A stretch of 64,000 bases of DNA from Opitutaceae bacterium (GCA_051252375.1 JBPOFY010000005.1:149406-213405), one strand, 5' to 3'; positions 33,471-46,500 are shown, counted from the stretch's first letter. Program-made: numbers and translations. The notes: a model not told the origin generated them from the letters alone.

Positions 33471-34457
33471 ATGACAGAAAAATCGAATTCAGGACTCGAA
33501 GTAGGGCGCCAAGCAATGCAGGCGGAAGCGGCTGCGATTGAGATTGCGGCTGGGCGTCTGGGTGAAGGTTTTGAGCGCGCATTGGAAATCATCTTGGCAA
33601 CGAAGAGTAAGCTGGTGATCTGCGGGATCGGTAAGTCCGGTCATATCGGTGGTAAGCTGGCAGCTACTTTTTCTAGTTCGGGTATTCCTTCGGTTTTCCT
33701 GCATGCTGCAGAAGCGATCCACGGCGACTTAGGAGTGTATCAGCCGGGTGATCCGACGATCGTTTTGTCGAAAAGTGGGAGCACCGCGGAAGTGCTGCGC
33801 TTGATGCCGCTGTTTAAGAAATTTAATTCACCGGTCATCGCGATATTGGGCAACATGGATTCGCCGATTGCAGAACTAGCAGATGTGGTGCTCGACGCCA
33901 GTGTGGAGAAAGAAGCGGATCCGCTGAATTTGATGCCGACGACGAGCTCGACTGTGAGCTTGGCCATTGGCGACGCGCTGGCTTCGGCCTTGGTCAAGGC
34001 GCGTGATTTTACTGCGGAGGAATTTGCGACTTTCCATCCCGGCGGGCAGTTGGGGCGCAACCTGTTGATGACGGTGGGCGATGTTATGCACGGTAAAGAG
34101 CGTGTGGCTTGCGCCGGCGCGGATGAGACTTTGCGTGAGGTCGTGATCCAGATGACACGTTTCCCCCTTGGTGCAGCTTGCGTGGTGGATGCAAACAATC
34201 AGCTGCTCGGGATCATCACAGATGGTGACATTCGTCGTCTGTTGTCAGGCGACGGCGAGATTTTGGGCAAAAAGGTCGGCGATTGTATGACGGCTTCGCC
34301 GATATCGACGCATGCGAAAATGTCGCTCGGTGAGGCGCTTCGTATTATGGAAGACCGTCCATCGCAAATCTCCGTCTTGCCGGTGGTGGCAGAAGACGGC
34401 ACCGATTTTAGCGGTCTACTGCGCCTGCACGACGCCTATCAGCCGAGTTTTTCGTAA
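33471..34457 (+). CDS. kdsD: Arabinose-5-phosphate isomerase (KpsF/GutQ)
   Basis: GIGKSGHIG, HGDLG, PTTSS, HPGGQLG, CBS pair. Confidence 0.92.
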   Translation: MTEKSNSGLEVGRQAMQAEAAAIEIAAGRLGEGFERALEIILATKSKLVICGIGKSGHIGGKLAATFSSSGIPSVFLHAAEAIHGDLGVYQPGDPTIVLSKSGSTAEVLRLMPLFKKFNSPVIAILGNMDSPIAELADVVLDASVEKEADPLNLMPTTSSTVSLAIGDALASALVKARDFTAEEFATFHPGGQLGRNLLMTVGDVMHGKERVACAGADETLREVVIQMTRFPLGAACVVDANNQLLGIITDGDIRRLLSGDGEILGKKVGDCMTASPISTHAKMSLGEALRIMEDRPSQISVLPVVAEDGTDFSGLLRLHDAYQPSFS

Positions 34458-34480
34458 GTGTGCGGAACGCGCCGCGTTTT

Positions 34481-35329
34481 CTACTTCAAAAAGCGCTCAG
34501 TTAGCTGCTCGATAATGTAGTCGCGGGCTTCCTCGACGGTGTCGATGACCTTGAAGAGATTCACGTCTTCGGGAGAAATGGTGCCCCATTGCACGAGGGC
34601 ATCGAAGTTAATGACGCTATTCCAGAACTCGCTGCCGAAGAGGACGATTGGAGGCAGTTTTTCAATTTTCTTGGTTTGCACGAGGGTGAGTGTCTCGAAG
34701 AGCTCGTCCATGGTGCCGAAGCCTCCAGGGAAGGCGACTAGTGCCTTGGCGAGGAGGACAAACCAATATTTGCGGACGAAGAAGTAGTGGAACTCGAATT
34801 GTAGCTCGTCGGGGATGTATTTGTTGACGCCTTGTTCGAATGGCAGGCTGATGCCGAGGCCGATCGATTTACCGCCGACGTTGTGGGCGCCGCGATTGGC
34901 GGCTTCCATAATGCCGGGCCCGCCGCCGGAGCAGATGATGAAGCGGCGCTTGTCAGCCTCGGGTAGCGCCATGGACCATTTAGTCAATTCCTCAGCGAGT
35001 TGCACGGCAGCATCGTAGTAGGGGGCTGCTTTGACCCCGCATTCTGCGAAATGTAGTGCGCGTTTTTCCGCCGGGCTTGGATTGGCGGGGTCGGCGATGC
35101 CAGTTTTGAGGTCAGCCAGCTCTTTTTGAGCTACTTCGAGCGGTTTAAGACGGGCTGAGCCAAAGAGGACGATGGTGTCCTCGATCTTTTCTTCGGCGAA
35201 ACGGAGGCCGGGTTCGGTCATTTCGCAGAGCACCCGAATGCTGCGGGCATCGTCACTAATGAGGAAATCGAGGTTTTTATAGGCTTTCAGGGGCCATTCG
35301 TCGCGGGAGCAATCTCTGGATAAGGACAT
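34481..35329 (-). CDS. LOG family protein
   Basis: GGGPGIMEAANRGA, FVRK, PGGFGTMDE. Confidence 0.92.
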   Translation of the reverse strand: MSLSRDCSRDEWPLKAYKNLDFLISDDARSIRVLCEMTEPGLRFAEEKIEDTIVLFGSARLKPLEVAQKELADLKTGIADPANPSPAEKRALHFAECGVKAAPYYDAAVQLAEELTKWSMALPEADKRRFIICSGGGPGIMEAANRGAHNVGGKSIGLGISLPFEQGVNKYIPDELQFEFHYFFVRKYWFVLLAKALVAFPGGFGTMDELFETLTLVQTKKIEKLPPIVLFGSEFWNSVINFDALVQWGTISPEDVNLFKVIDTVEEARDYIIEQLTERFLK

Positions 35330-35481
35330 AAATTATTGGAGTTTTGTGTATGTGATAGAGGTATAGTGGGTATTCCCAGCTGGCAACTGTTTCTAGTCGA
35401 TCTTTTAGGGTTGCGGGGCTTGCCCTCGGTGCTTGTTCTTAGCGCTTTTCTACCCCTCAATTTACCAATTTCCAGTTTCTC

Positions 35482-38400
35482 ATGTATCTCAAAGAGATCG
35501 TCATCAGTGGTTTTAAAAGTTTCGCCGATCGCACCCGTTTAGACTTACGTCGTGGTGTGACTGCCGTGGTCGGTCCCAATGGCTGTGGCAAAAGTAACAT
35601 CGTGGATGCGATCCGCTGGGTCTTGGGCGAGCAAAGCGCTAAGGCGCTGCGTGGCGCGTCGATGCAGGACGTTATTTTCGAAGGCACGGATAAGCGTAAA
35701 TCGTTGCCGACTTGTGAGGTCTCGTTGACTTTTACGGATTGCGAAAAGGAGCTGGGCACATCGTTCAATGAGGTCGAAATCTCGCGTCGTGTCAGCCGTG
35801 ACGGGGGCAGTGATTACTTTATCAATGGCAAGGTTTCTCGCCTGAAAGACATCCAGCGTTTGTTCGCGAATACCGGGGTGGGGCGTGTTTCTTATTCCTT
35901 CATGTTGCAGGGGCAGATCGACCAGATTCTGTCGACCAATGCATCCGAGCGTCGCACGATTTTTGAAGAAGCCGCGGGGATCACACTTTATAAGGCACAG
36001 CGTAAAGAAGCATTGAACAAGCTGTCGCTCGTGGATGCCAACTTAGCGCGTGTGACTGATGTGATCGAAGAAGTGAGTCGCCAAATCGGTTCGCTCAAAC
36101 GTCAGGCCAGCAAGGCGCTGCGTTATCAGCGTATCAAGCACCGTCTCACACACTTGGACCTCGCCTTTAGTGCTCATCGATATACGGACCTGAAATCGTC
36201 GATCGACGCGGTGGCGTCGCGGGCCGACGAGCTGCGCAAAAAAGTAGAAGTGCACACTGAGTCGTTGGATTCGGATGAGACAGCCCTCGCTGAAAAGAAA
36301 GCGAAGCGCGCAGAGCTCTACGAGAAGATGCAGGAGTTCCAGCAGCGCGTATATAATTTGCGTTCTGAAAAGGAGAACTCCGAGAATCAGGCAGAGTTTT
36401 CCGGCATTCGGATGAAGGACCTACAGGGTCGCATCGAAGAGTATAAAAAGGAAATTGCCGATTTAGATCAGCAGCAGAGTCAGTTGGCAGATCGCGCCAA
36501 GAGCGAATCTGAGAACAAGCAGATGCAGCTCGATGTGGTGGACGATTCCGACCGTATTTTTCGCGACCGTAGCTCTGATCTAGTCAATGCGCAGGAGAAG
36601 CTCGGCGAAATGGAAGCGCAACTGCAAGAGCGTCGCCAAGGTGTGCTCTTCGCTGAAAATCGCATCAACCGTGCGCGCTCTCGTTGCACCACTTTGGAAG
36701 TCGATCTGAAGACTTACCAAGTTAAGCACGCTGCGTTAACGGAGACGCTTCTTACATTAAAAGAAGAAGTGGTCGTCCTCGAGCAAGGCATGTCTGAGAT
36801 ACAGCGCCTATTGGCTAAGCGACGTGAAGAGCAAAGCGCGAGCGAAGCGGCAGTCGAGAAAGCCCGCAACGATTCGAAAGAAATTTTAACGCAGTTCCGC
36901 AGTATGCAGGAACGCATACAAGACCAAGATCGTGGTATCGCTCGCAAGACAGCACAGCTCAACGTGCTCGAAGGTTTGCAGGCTAAGTTCGAAGGTTTCG
37001 GCGAAGGCGCAAAGGCGATCCTAGGAGACAAGCTTAACGAAGTCGTTTCCAAAAACGATGTTTCGATTATTTCCAAAGAGCTGAAGGTGCAGTCCGAATA
37101 CACCGCTTCCTTGGAGACTTTGCTCGGTTCGGCGGCTGAAGCGCTTTACTTGGGTAATTCGCAGACCGCGCTTTCTGTGATCGGTAAACTCGATGAAGGC
37201 CGCCTCGGCCGTGCTTGTTTACAGATCGAAGTTGATTCGGTAGAGCAGAGCCCGAATGTGGATTTGTCGGATGTATTGGTTCCTGCCAGTTCAGTCCTGG
37301 AAGTGCGCGATCCGTCACTTCAAGGTGCGGTGGAGCGTTTGCTAAGTGGGTGTTATTTCGCACAAAGCTTGGACCAATTTGTTGGTTTCTGGAAAGCGAA
37401 TCCTGCTTTAAATTTCCTCCTCGTCGCCACGCCAAACGGCGAAATTATTGATTGCCGTGGTCTTATTCATGGTGGCCGCACCTCTGGTAAGAAGTCATCC
37501 AGCGTGCTGGAGCGTGAGTCCGAGATTCGCAGACTCCGTAGCGAGATCGAAACCGAGCGTAAGGCGCTTAATGAGCTACGCGAAGATGCTTCCGCACTCG
37601 ATGACCGTCGCAATACAGCCGAAGCCACTGTTGAAGAACAGCGCCAACGCCTCAGCGAACTTGCCAGCGAAGTTTCCGGGCTCGTCGCCGAAGAGCGCAA
37701 TCAAACTCAAAAGATCGAGGGTAATGCTCGCTCGCATCACAACAGTGATGAAGAGCTCGCTAGACTTGACGCCAAGCACGGTGATTCCGTCAAAGAACTT
37801 GAAGATGCTAAGTCTGAATTAGAGGCCGCTGAAGAGGGGCTCACTGCAGAACGTCAAAGCGGCACGGATCTCGAAGATGCGATCAACCGCGCTCGTGAGC
37901 TACGTGACCAAAAACGCGAATCGCTCGCGGATGTTCGCCTAGAGCTGGCCGAGAAGAAGCAACGTCTCGAATCGGTCGACCGCGCACTGGGTGAAGTCCA
38001 ACGCGAAACGGCTAGCCTCCAAAATCGTATCCTACGTCGTAATCAAGAGATTGATACCATCAACGAACAGATCGCGCAGCTGACTCAAAGTGGTGCAATG
38101 GAACGCGAAAAAAGCGCTGAGTTGGATAAGACGCTTCAAGTGGCTACCGAGCAGTTGGATAAAGACCGCTTAGAACTTAAGTCGCTCGACGGTGACATAT
38201 CGGAGGTCGACGGTGGCCTCACTGGTAGGCGCAACGAAGGTCGTGCGATTGATCAGGAGCTCGCACGTTTGGATGTGCGCCTAGCCGAAGAACGCTCGCA
38301 AATTGGTTTCATCCAAGGCAGCGCAGAAGACGAATATCAGATCGAACTTTCGAATGTGAATTGGAAGTCTGAACTATGGGAGGGGAACGTCGAATTTGAA

Positions 38401-39207
38401 AAACGCGTGAACCTCGACGACATGGACGATCCAGACAAGTTCGCCGCGCAGCCGAAGCATGAACGCCGCGATCCGACTGAGGAAGAGCTAGCTGAGATGG
38501 ATCACACCGACTGGAAAGAGATCGAAACAGAGGTTTCCGAGCTCAAGGGTCGTATTGCAAACATGGGTCCCGTCAATCTCGACGCCATCAGCGAATACAC
38601 TGACTTGAAGGATCGCCACGATTTCCTCAAATCGCAAAGCGAAGACCTCTGGAATTCGAAGAATGCCCTCGTTAAGTCCATCGACGAAATCAACGAGACA
38701 TCGCAGTCGCTTTTCAAAGAGACTTTCGAGCAAGTCCGAAAGAATTTTGCATTCACCTATGAGAAGATTTCCGGCGGGGGCGATTCCGACCTCCTTCTGG
38801 TCGACTCCGACGACCCGCTTGAGTCTGGCATCGACATCATTGCCCGCCCTCCAGGCACTCGTTTGAAGAGTGTGACCTTGCTTTCCGGTGGACAGCGCAC
38901 GATGGCAGCGGTGGCTCTGTTGTTTGCCATTTATATGGTCAAGCCCAGCCCGTTCTGTGTGCTCGACGAAATTGATGCGGCTCTCGACGATGCGAATATT
39001 GGTCGTTTCTGTGAGACCTTGCATGGCTTTACCGATAAGTCGCAGTTCCTCATCGTCACGCACAACAAGCGCACGATTTCGAACGCCGACACTGTCTTCG
39101 GTGTGACTATGCCGGAGAAGGGGGTTTCGACCCTGGTTTCCATGCGTTTCAATAAGGATACGAATCGCCCCGACCTCGTCGGTGCCGATAATTCGCAGCC
39201 TTTCTAA
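35482..39207 (+). CDS. smc: Chromosome segregation protein SMC
   Basis: [14 protein letters not shown], long coiled coils with hinge, [14 protein letters not shown]. Confidence 0.96.
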   Translation: MYLKEIVISGFKSFADRTRLDLRRGVTAVVGPNGCGKSNIVDAIRWVLGEQSAKALRGASMQDVIFEGTDKRKSLPTCEVSLTFTDCEKELGTSFNEVEISRRVSRDGGSDYFINGKVSRLKDIQRLFANTGVGRVSYSFMLQGQIDQILSTNASERRTIFEEAAGITLYKAQRKEALNKLSLVDANLARVTDVIEEVSRQIGSLKRQASKALRYQRIKHRLTHLDLAFSAHRYTDLKSSIDAVASRADELRKKVEVHTESLDSDETALAEKKAKRAELYEKMQEFQQRVYNLRSEKENSENQAEFSGIRMKDLQGRIEEYKKEIADLDQQQSQLADRAKSESENKQMQLDVVDDSDRIFRDRSSDLVNAQEKLGEMEAQLQERRQGVLFAENRINRARSRCTTLEVDLKTYQVKHAALTETLLTLKEEVVVLEQGMSEIQRLLAKRREEQSASEAAVEKARNDSKEILTQFRSMQERIQDQDRGIARKTAQLNVLEGLQAKFEGFGEGAKAILGDKLNEVVSKNDVSIISKELKVQSEYTASLETLLGSAAEALYLGNSQTALSVIGKLDEGRLGRACLQIEVDSVEQSPNVDLSDVLVPASSVLEVRDPSLQGAVERLLSGCYFAQSLDQFVGFWKANPALNFLLVATPNGEIIDCRGLIHGGRTSGKKSSSVLERESEIRRLRSEIETERKALNELREDASALDDRRNTAEATVEEQRQRLSELASEVSGLVAEERNQTQKIEGNARSHHNSDEELARLDAKHGDSVKELEDAKSELEAAEEGLTAERQSGTDLEDAINRARELRDQKRESLADVRLELAEKKQRLESVDRALGEVQRETASLQNRILRRNQEIDTINEQIAQLTQSGAMEREKSAELDKTLQVATEQLDKDRLELKSLDGDISEVDGGLTGRRNEGRAIDQELARLDVRLAEERSQIGFIQGSAEDEYQIELSNVNWKSELWEGNVEFEKRVNLDDMDDPDKFAAQPKHERRDPTEEELAEMDHTDWKEIETEVSELKGRIANMGPVNLDAISEYTDLKDRHDFLKSQSEDLWNSKNALVKSIDEINETSQSLFKETFEQVRKNFAFTYEKISGGGDSDLLLVDSDDPLESGIDIIARPPGTRLKSVTLLSGGQRTMAAVALLFAIYMVKPSPFCVLDEIDAALDDANIGRFCETLHGFTDKSQFLIVTHNKRTISNADTVFGVTMPEKGVSTLVSMRFNKDTNRPDLVGADNSQPF

Positions 39208-39219
39208 GCGTCTCTTATC

Positions 39220-39453
39220 GTGATCGGTCTGGATGTAGATATTTTCTTTCTCCTCTACATAGGGGCAGGCTTCTTGCTGCTATTCGGACTGTGGTTTTAT
39301 TACGATTGGCGCGACAAGCATCTCCATGCAGCTCAGCGCTCAAAAGTCATTTACCACTGCATCAAATGCAGTCACATTTACACAGGGCCACATCGTAGTG
39401 AAGAATGCGATTGCCCCCAATGCGGCTTTACCAATGGTCGCTTAAGATTTTAA
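39220..39453 (+). CDS. Small membrane protein with Zn-ribbon motif
   Basis: N-terminal TM; CIKC...CPQCG; fills the smc-guaA gap on the same strand. Confidence 0.6.
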   Translation: MIGLDVDIFFLLYIGAGFLLLFGLWFYYDWRDKHLHAAQRSKVIYHCIKCSHIYTGPHRSEECDCPQCGFTNGRLRF

Positions 39454-39511
39454 TTCATTCAGTTTTCAGTTTCAGCTCTCAGTTTTCAGAATTTCAGCAT
39501 TTAAATAAGTC

Positions 39512-41059
39512 ATGCCAAAGCACATAGCAGTTCTCGATTTCGGTTCCCAATACACGCAGGTCATCGCCCGTCGCATCCGCGAAGCGAATGTCCTCTCCCG
39601 GATCTATCCGTATAACACACAAGCCAGCGTGCTCAAAGATGCTGGAGTTATGGGAGTCATCCTCTCCGGCGGCCCATCTTCGGTTTTGATCGAGGGCTCG
39701 CCACGACCTGACGCCGCTGTCTTCGACATGGGGCTCCCCGTCCTCGGTATTTGCTACGGTGAGCAGCTCATGGCGCACATGCTTGGTGGTAAAGTCGCCA
39801 AGAGTGAAGAGCGCGAGTTCGGGCACGGCACATTAAATATTCAGATCAAAGGTAAACTCTTCGAGGGTATGCCCGACAGCCTACGCGTCTGGAACTCGCA
39901 CGGCGACCGCCTCGAAACCTTACCCGAAGGTTTCGAAGCTGTGGCTTCGACCGAAAATTCACCTTTCGCCACCATCCAAGACGCGAAGCGTGATTTCTAC
40001 GGCATGCAGTTCCACCCCGAAGTCGCTCACTCAGAAATGGGCACCGAGGTGATTGCCAACTTCCTCTTTAAGATCTGCGGCTGCACCGCCGACTGGTCGA
40101 TGGCCAACTACATCGAAGAAACCGTGCAGAACATTCGCGACAAGGTCGGCGATGAGCGCGTCATCCTCGGACTTTCCGGCGGCGTTGATTCCTCCGTCGC
40201 AGCAGCTCTGATTCACCGCGCTATTGGTAAACAATTGACCTGCGTCTTCGTCGACAACGGACTGCTTCGTCTCCACGAGCGCGAGCAAGTGGAGAAGCTC
40301 TATGGTGACCATTTCGATCTTGATGTCCGTGTCGCGGATAAGGGTAAGTTCTTCCTCGATCGTCTTGCTGGTGTTTCCGATCCGGAAACGAAGCGCAAGA
40401 TCATCGGCAACTCCTTTGTCGAAGTCTTCGACGAAGCCGTCACCCAACTCAAAGAGAAGGGCAACTACACTTTCCTCGCTCAAGGCACACTCTATCCCGA
40501 CGTCATCGAGTCGATCGCGATCGATGGCAATCCAGCTGCTTTGATTAAGAGCCACCACAATGTCGGCGGCTTGCCTGAGAAGATGAATCTCAAGCTGCTC
40601 GAACCGCTCCGCGAACTGTTTAAAGACGAAGTCCGTGAACTTGGCAGCCAGCTCGGTTTGCCGAAGGAAGTTGTCTGGCGTCAACCATTTCCCGGTCCCG
40701 GCCTCGGTGTCCGCGTGATGGGTCCGATCAAAGAAGAAGACCTCGTCGTCTTGCGCAAGGCCGATGCCATTCTTCACGAAGAAATGATGGCCGCCGATCT
40801 CTACTATAAGGTGTGGCAGTCGTTCTGTGTCTTCCTGCCGGTCAAGACTGTCGGTGTGATGGGTGACGAGCGCACATACGAAAATGTCATCGCACTCCGC
40901 ATTGTCGAAAGTGTTGATGCCATGACTGCCGACTGGGCCCGCGTGCCTTACGAGGTGCTTCGCTCCATTTCCAGCCGAATCATCAACGAAGTTACCGGTT
41001 GTAATCGTGTTGTGCTCGACATCAGTTCCAAACCGCCGAGCACCATTGAGTGGGAGTAG
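39512..41059 (+). CDS. guaA: GMP synthase
   Basis: [42 protein letters not shown]. Confidence 0.97.
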   Translation: MPKHIAVLDFGSQYTQVIARRIREANVLSRIYPYNTQASVLKDAGVMGVILSGGPSSVLIEGSPRPDAAVFDMGLPVLGICYGEQLMAHMLGGKVAKSEEREFGHGTLNIQIKGKLFEGMPDSLRVWNSHGDRLETLPEGFEAVASTENSPFATIQDAKRDFYGMQFHPEVAHSEMGTEVIANFLFKICGCTADWSMANYIEETVQNIRDKVGDERVILGLSGGVDSSVAAALIHRAIGKQLTCVFVDNGLLRLHEREQVEKLYGDHFDLDVRVADKGKFFLDRLAGVSDPETKRKIIGNSFVEVFDEAVTQLKEKGNYTFLAQGTLYPDVIESIAIDGNPAALIKSHHNVGGLPEKMNLKLLEPLRELFKDEVRELGSQLGLPKEVVWRQPFPGPGLGVRVMGPIKEEDLVVLRKADAILHEEMMAADLYYKVWQSFCVFLPVKTVGVMGDERTYENVIALRIVESVDAMTADWARVPYEVLRSISSRIINEVTGCNRVVLDISSKPPSTIEWE

Positions 41060-41122
41060 GGCGTCCTCTATTTTCTACCGCACGAACAAATCCCAATACC
41101 TCCTGTCTGAGAGATTTACACT

Positions 41123-41848
41123 ATGAAGCTTTTATTTTCTGCCTGTTTGCTCGTATTAGCGACACCATTGCTCGCGCAAACTCCCTCCGTCTCGGATATC
41201 GTTAATCGTGCTCGCGCCACAGTGGGTCTCGATACTGCACTCGATGGCCTAGTCACTTTGAATATGACTGGCTCATTAGAGCCAATCGATTCCAAGATGC
41301 CAGCCGCAGCACTGCTCATTGTCGCTCGTAAACCATGCTCGCAGCGTATGGAAATCCGTATCGATGACATGGTAGAGACGCACATTCTCAATGGTGAAAA
41401 CGGCTGCATTATCCGCTCCAACCTGCAAAATGGCACATCTCAAATGCGTCCATTGACAGCTGCCGAGCAAGCTCGTGTCGCTTTCAGCACGCGGCAGTTT
41501 TTCAGCTTTTATCGCCCTGACTTTAAGAACGGTGAGCGCATCACCTACGAAGGCATCGAGCAGCGCATAGGCATTCGTTGCCACAAGCTCGTTTACGCAT
41601 ATCCGGATGGTCTCACGACAGTGCGCTACTTTTCCGTTGATGAAGATAAACTCATTTCCACGATTACGGAAAACAAGGTCGAGAGTGTGAGTGTTGGTGT
41701 GCAAAACATCGGCGGCATACGCTTTCCTGAAAAAATCGACTACTTCGAGGACGGCCGAAAACTCCATAGCATTGTGCTGCGTTCCATTGTCGTGAACAAG
41801 CCCCTGCAGGAAGGTATCTTCGATATTCCTAAAGGTCAGAAAAAGTAA
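41123..41848 (+). CDS. Exported protein, possibly LolA-like fold
   Basis: Signal peptide, beta-rich, ends NKPL..GIFDIP. Confidence 0.55.
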   Translation: MKLLFSACLLVLATPLLAQTPSVSDIVNRARATVGLDTALDGLVTLNMTGSLEPIDSKMPAAALLIVARKPCSQRMEIRIDDMVETHILNGENGCIIRSNLQNGTSQMRPLTAAEQARVAFSTRQFFSFYRPDFKNGERITYEGIEQRIGIRCHKLVYAYPDGLTTVRYFSVDEDKLISTITENKVESVSVGVQNIGGIRFPEKIDYFEDGRKLHSIVLRSIVVNKPLQEGIFDIPKGQKK

Positions 41849-41895
41849 GGGCGCTGGCTTGCAGCTTGCCCTCCGACCTGTTCTCTTAGCGTGCT

Positions 41896-43191
41896 ATGCA
41901 ACGCATCGATTTTTCTGAATCCGCTAAATTTCAAGACGCATTACGTAAGTTTTGTGACAACACCATTGTGTCCGGCGATGTTTCCGCCGTGGTCACCAAA
42001 GTCTTAGCTGACGTCAAAAAACACGGCGACCGCGCCGTGCTCGAATACACCGAGCAGTTCGATGGCGCCGAATTGAAGGCGCAGCAAATGCGCGTCACTG
42101 CCGCCGAGCTCAAGGCTGCGGAAAAGAGCCTTTCCGTTGCTGACCGTAAAGCCATCCGCGAGTCCATCGCCTTGGTTAAAGATTTCCATAAGAAGACCCT
42201 GCCGAAAAACTGGAAGGCAAAGAATGCCCAAGGTGGCACAGTGGGGGAGCGCTTTTACCCGATCAACCGTGTCGGTCTCTACATTCCCGGTGGCAATGTG
42301 CCACTCGTCTCGACGGTCGTCATGACAGCCGTGCTTGCCAAGCTGGTCAAGTGCCCACAAATCGCTGTTTGCACTCCGCCTGCCGTCGATGGTTCCATCG
42401 CCCCAGGTATGCTAGCTGCGCTCTCTCTAGTCGGTATCGACGAAGTGTATAAAGTCGGCGGCGTTCAAGCCGTTGGTGCGATGGCCTATGGCACGCAGAC
42501 GGTTCCAGCAGTCGATAAAATCTTCGGTCCCGGCAATGCTTTCGTCATGGAGGCCAAGCGCCAAGTCCTCGGCACCGTGGGTATCGATCTCTTGCCCGGT
42601 CCGAGCGAGATCATGATCATCGCCGACTCCGGCGCGAACCCCAAGCACGTCGCCGCCGACTTGTTGGCCCAAGCCGAACACGGCAGCGGCAAAGAAATCA
42701 TCTATCTCGCCTGCACCAGCAAGCCGCTGATCGCACGCATCGAGAAAGCCATCGCCAAGCAATTGCCCGAGTGCAGCCACGCTGCTAAGTGCGAGAAGGT
42801 GCTCAAGGACCGCTTCCTCGTTGTTCGTTGTAAGAACCTTTCCCAAGCCGCAGACGTGGCCAACTACGTCGCCCCTGAACACTTAGAGCTCCAAGTAGCC
42901 GACGCCTCGATTGATTCACTGACGCAGCAAATCACGACTGCAGGTGCCATCTTGCAGGGCTATCTCACGCCCACTGTGCTCGGCGATTTCACAGCAGGTC
43001 CCAGCCACACCTTGCCCACAGGACGCGCCGGACGCTTCTTTAGCGGTCTACAAGCCACCGACTTCCTGCGCCGCTCCAGTATCCTGCGCTACGACGCCAA
43101 GAGCCTCGCCAAAGCTGCGCCCGTAGTAGAGACCTTTGCCCGCCTCGAGAAACTCGACGCCCACGGCCGCTCGCTCACGATCCGCTTGTAA
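41896..43191 (+). CDS. hisD: Histidinol dehydrogenase
   Basis: GLYIPGG, GPGNAFV, GPSE, QAEH, APEHL, GPSHTLPT. Confidence 0.96.
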   Translation: MQRIDFSESAKFQDALRKFCDNTIVSGDVSAVVTKVLADVKKHGDRAVLEYTEQFDGAELKAQQMRVTAAELKAAEKSLSVADRKAIRESIALVKDFHKKTLPKNWKAKNAQGGTVGERFYPINRVGLYIPGGNVPLVSTVVMTAVLAKLVKCPQIAVCTPPAVDGSIAPGMLAALSLVGIDEVYKVGGVQAVGAMAYGTQTVPAVDKIFGPGNAFVMEAKRQVLGTVGIDLLPGPSEIMIIADSGANPKHVAADLLAQAEHGSGKEIIYLACTSKPLIARIEKAIAKQLPECSHAAKCEKVLKDRFLVVRCKNLSQAADVANYVAPEHLELQVADASIDSLTQQITTAGAILQGYLTPTVLGDFTAGPSHTLPTGRAGRFFSGLQATDFLRRSSILRYDAKSLAKAAPVVETFARLEKLDAHGRSLTIRL

Positions 43192-43322
43192 AGTAGGGGC
43201 TGCGCTCGTCGCAGACCGCTTAAACGCGAGCGTGAAGTGATCGCTAGTGGTAAGTAGGGAGTGGAGCGTGTGAAGTGCTCACAATCTGTGTCCATCCGTG
43301 CTCTTCGAGGTAACCATGCTAG

Positions 43323-43500
43323 TGTAGCCACGGGAGTCTCCTGCCGTGTTTTTGGTAGCTGTAAAGTCTATGCTAACGATCACGTCACACCTTCGACAAG
43401 CTCAGGTCGGGAGAGGGACGTGGCTACATCGTATTAAATATTACGCCTCCCGATACGGGCTCGCTCTGACGAATGGCGGTCAGGGACGACCGCCGCTACC
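43323..43500. repeat. ~180-bp composite REP-containing repeat, copy 1
   Basis: Highly similar to 52975-53152; contains TGTAGCCACG...CGTGGCTACA and a GGCGGTC..GGACGACCGCCGCTACC REP. Confidence 0.9.
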
Positions 43501-43535
43501 CTTTGCGCATTCTGTGCCTTTTTGTGGCGAAACAT

Positions 43536-43554
43536 CTAGCTACAACCTAAGCGA
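43536..43554 (-). pseudogene. nrdJ 3'-end remnant D (LGCS*)
   Basis: TTA GGT TGT AGC TAG just after the stop of the upstream gene; short, so supported mainly by context. Confidence 0.5.
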
Positions 43555-43557
43555 GAA

Positions 43558-46500
43558 CTAGAATCCGTAGTTGAACTGTATGACGAAGGTCCGTTCGTCC
43601 GGTGGGGCGTTGAAGTAGTTGATCGGGTTGAGACCGTCATCTTCGTCGGTGAGGTTGTAGATGCTGAAGGTGATGTTGCCCTTTTGATTTTGTAGGCGGC
43701 GACCGATGGATAGGTTGACGATTGGCATGCTGGCATCGTCCAGTCCCGAACCGAGGCCTTCGTTTTCCTGCAGCCAGTATTGCAGCTCACCGGTGAGGAA
43801 CCATCCCTCTGGGAGTTGGTAGCGGCCGTAGATGCTGGCTGTGTAGAGGGTCGCCTCGGTGTCGTCGAGCAATGGGTTGGTGGCGCCCAATGCGGGGGTA
43901 TCAATCGTTTCGTCGATGACGGCATGTTGCACAAAGAGGCTTGTTCCGATGCTGGTTCGGTCGTCGAGCAAGTGGTCCAAACGAGCGAGCAAAGAATACT
44001 CATGATAATCGATCTCCTGATTGTATGTGCCTACAGACAGCTCTCCGGGGTCGTTTGGAAAGGTCCCCGCCACGACGGTTTCTTCGAAGATGCCAAAGGC
44101 GCGCTTGCCGGAGAATTGACCGTAGAAGGCTTCGATAGTGCCGAAGGTGCGTTCACTGAATTCAGCATTGAGGTTGAGAGTGAAGCTGTCGTTGGTGCCA
44201 CCAGCCATGGTGCCCGTGACTTGGGTTGGCACGAGTGAGCGGTAGGTGCTGGCCAGACCGGCTACTTGGCTCGGCTCTAAGCGGAGTTGGTCCTCGATGC
44301 TGTATCCGCTCATGCTGCGCGACCAAGCGCCTCGCAGGGTCAGGTTGTCTTTAAGCTGCCATACAAAGCCTAGCTTTGGTGAGAATAGTCCTTCTTTCTG
44401 ACGGCTATCGGTGCGGGGAGCGCTCAATAAGCCATCAGCGAAATCGATATGCTCATAAGTCAAACCAGCGATGAGTGTAAGGTTGTTGTCCAGTTCATGG
44501 TTGATGTAGCCATAGGCGGACCAACGGGTGAAATCATAATTGCCAGAACTACTGCCAACCGAGTCGATTTCATATGGGACGATTATCGGGAGGAGGAAGT
44601 CTGGGGTGGTATCCACGATGGCGGCTTTCATCGTTACTTCATCGTCGATGTCTCCCTCTTGATAGCGTGCGCCCAAGATGAACTGACTCTTATCCATACT
44701 GAAGATGTGTTGTATTTCTGCGCTATGCAGAAGGAAGGATTGCTCGCTGTATAGGCTGCTCTCATAGGTCCGGAGGAAGGGATCCGGCGTGCTATTGTTG
44801 ATGGAGAGAACCGGTTGGAGCGGGTCGTCGATTTCTGTGCGCAAGTCGGTTCGACCGAAGAGAAAGAGTGTGGTGTTTTCCTGGTTCCATTCTCGTGCAT
44901 AGCTGACAAAGGCCAAAGGTTCCTGCCACTGTCTGACTTCCAATTCAGGGTCGCGACCGTAGACCGGATCGATCTCGAGACCACTCGAGGTCGTCGCTGA
45001 AAAAATCGTTCGCCCGTCCGCATCGATTGTGTAGTCGCGGATGGCCCGCGAGGTCGCATCCTGATTTGGTGTGTAGCGAACATCGCCTTGTGTGCTTTGA
45101 TTATAGAGCACCATCGCGTAGAACCGATCCTTCTCGGTGAGGTCATATTTAAAGTGAGCGAGCACGCCTTCCTCTTCTAGGTGATCGTTAAAGTTGTGTT
45201 CGCTCCAGTCGCGCTTAAGCAGCTCAACACCGACGGCATACTTGCCGCTATTGTAGGTCGAGAAGAGTGAAAACTCAGTCCGTTCTCTGGAGTCAAAACT
45301 CGCTGAGGTGGATCCGCTCCAACCGGTCTGATCGAAGAAGCTGCTGTATTCCTGTTCCGTTACCCGCTGCGAGGCGATCCCCGCACCGACTGGAGCCAGA
45401 ATGTTGCGGAGGAATAACTCGTTGGCGACTAGCGTGTCATATCGTTGAGCCAATCGAGTCGGGTCGAGTCGTGTGCTGTAAGCGCGTTGCAGGAAGTCGT
45501 GCGAAGAAAAGTTCAAGTAGTCGTTGGTCACGGATTTTCCAGCCTCGGATAGAGCCTGCGTGGGGAGACCTGCTTGATTATAGATGTCGGCGAGATTGCT
45601 TTGGCGGCTGGCTAGATCTCTGTCGAGCAACATGCTGGAGCGGAATAGACTGCGGTTGTCATTCAAACGAATCGATTTCTGCAGGTCGGCAATCGCTTCG
45701 TTGGGACGGTTGGCTCGCTGCTTCACAAGAGCGGAGTAGAGCCATGGCGTGGGGTCTGCTGGATCGAGCGCTTTCGCTAGTTTAAGTTCATTCAAGGCCT
45801 TGGTTGTCGACTCATTGGAATTGAGGGGGAAGTAGCCTTGTTCCTTTTCGTCAAAAGCTCTCGCCAGATAGCTGCGCAGGATGGAACGGTTTGGTTCGAG
45901 GGCTACCGCAGCGAGGAGATCTTGAAGCGCTGCTGCTTCCTCCCCCTGATTGAAGCGCACCAATCCGAGCCCCAGCCAAGCATCCGCATAACCCGGAGCG
46001 ATGGAAATGGCTTGTTCAAATGCAAGCCGTGCGCTGACCATATCGCCGACCGCGGCGGCGTGGAATCCTTTGAGTGTAAATACTTCCGCGTTTTCGGGAC
46101 TTAATGTCTCGGCTTTTTGAAGCGCCGCTTGCATGCCGTCGATGTCATCCACACTAAAATAGAGGCGCGCCAGTCGTGACCAAGCGAAGCCGAAATTCGG
46201 CGCAGTAGCTGTTGCGTTGCGGGCAGCTTCCAATGCCTTCGCCAGTTGTTCATTTGCTTGCAGAGTGTAGGAACGTGCCAGCCAAGCAGTTGCCCCATCG
46301 GGTTGATTGTTGGGGATCTGTTGGCTTCCCTTGACCGTGGCAATCAATTCACGCAAGGCATCAGCAGCGGGGTGCTGGATTGCTTGGAGGAGCGATTCAG
46401 TGGCTTCGACTTGCCCGCTGGCCAATATGAGGTTGGCTTTATAAATCTGTGTTGCTGTGTCGCCTGATACGGATGTTGGTAATAATTCCAAAGCGCGCAG

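Noticed and set aside
43346..43561. Paralogous small ORFs 43346-43561 and 52998-53216
   Set aside because: Their similarity comes from the REP-containing DNA repeat; indels and palindromes argue against coding.
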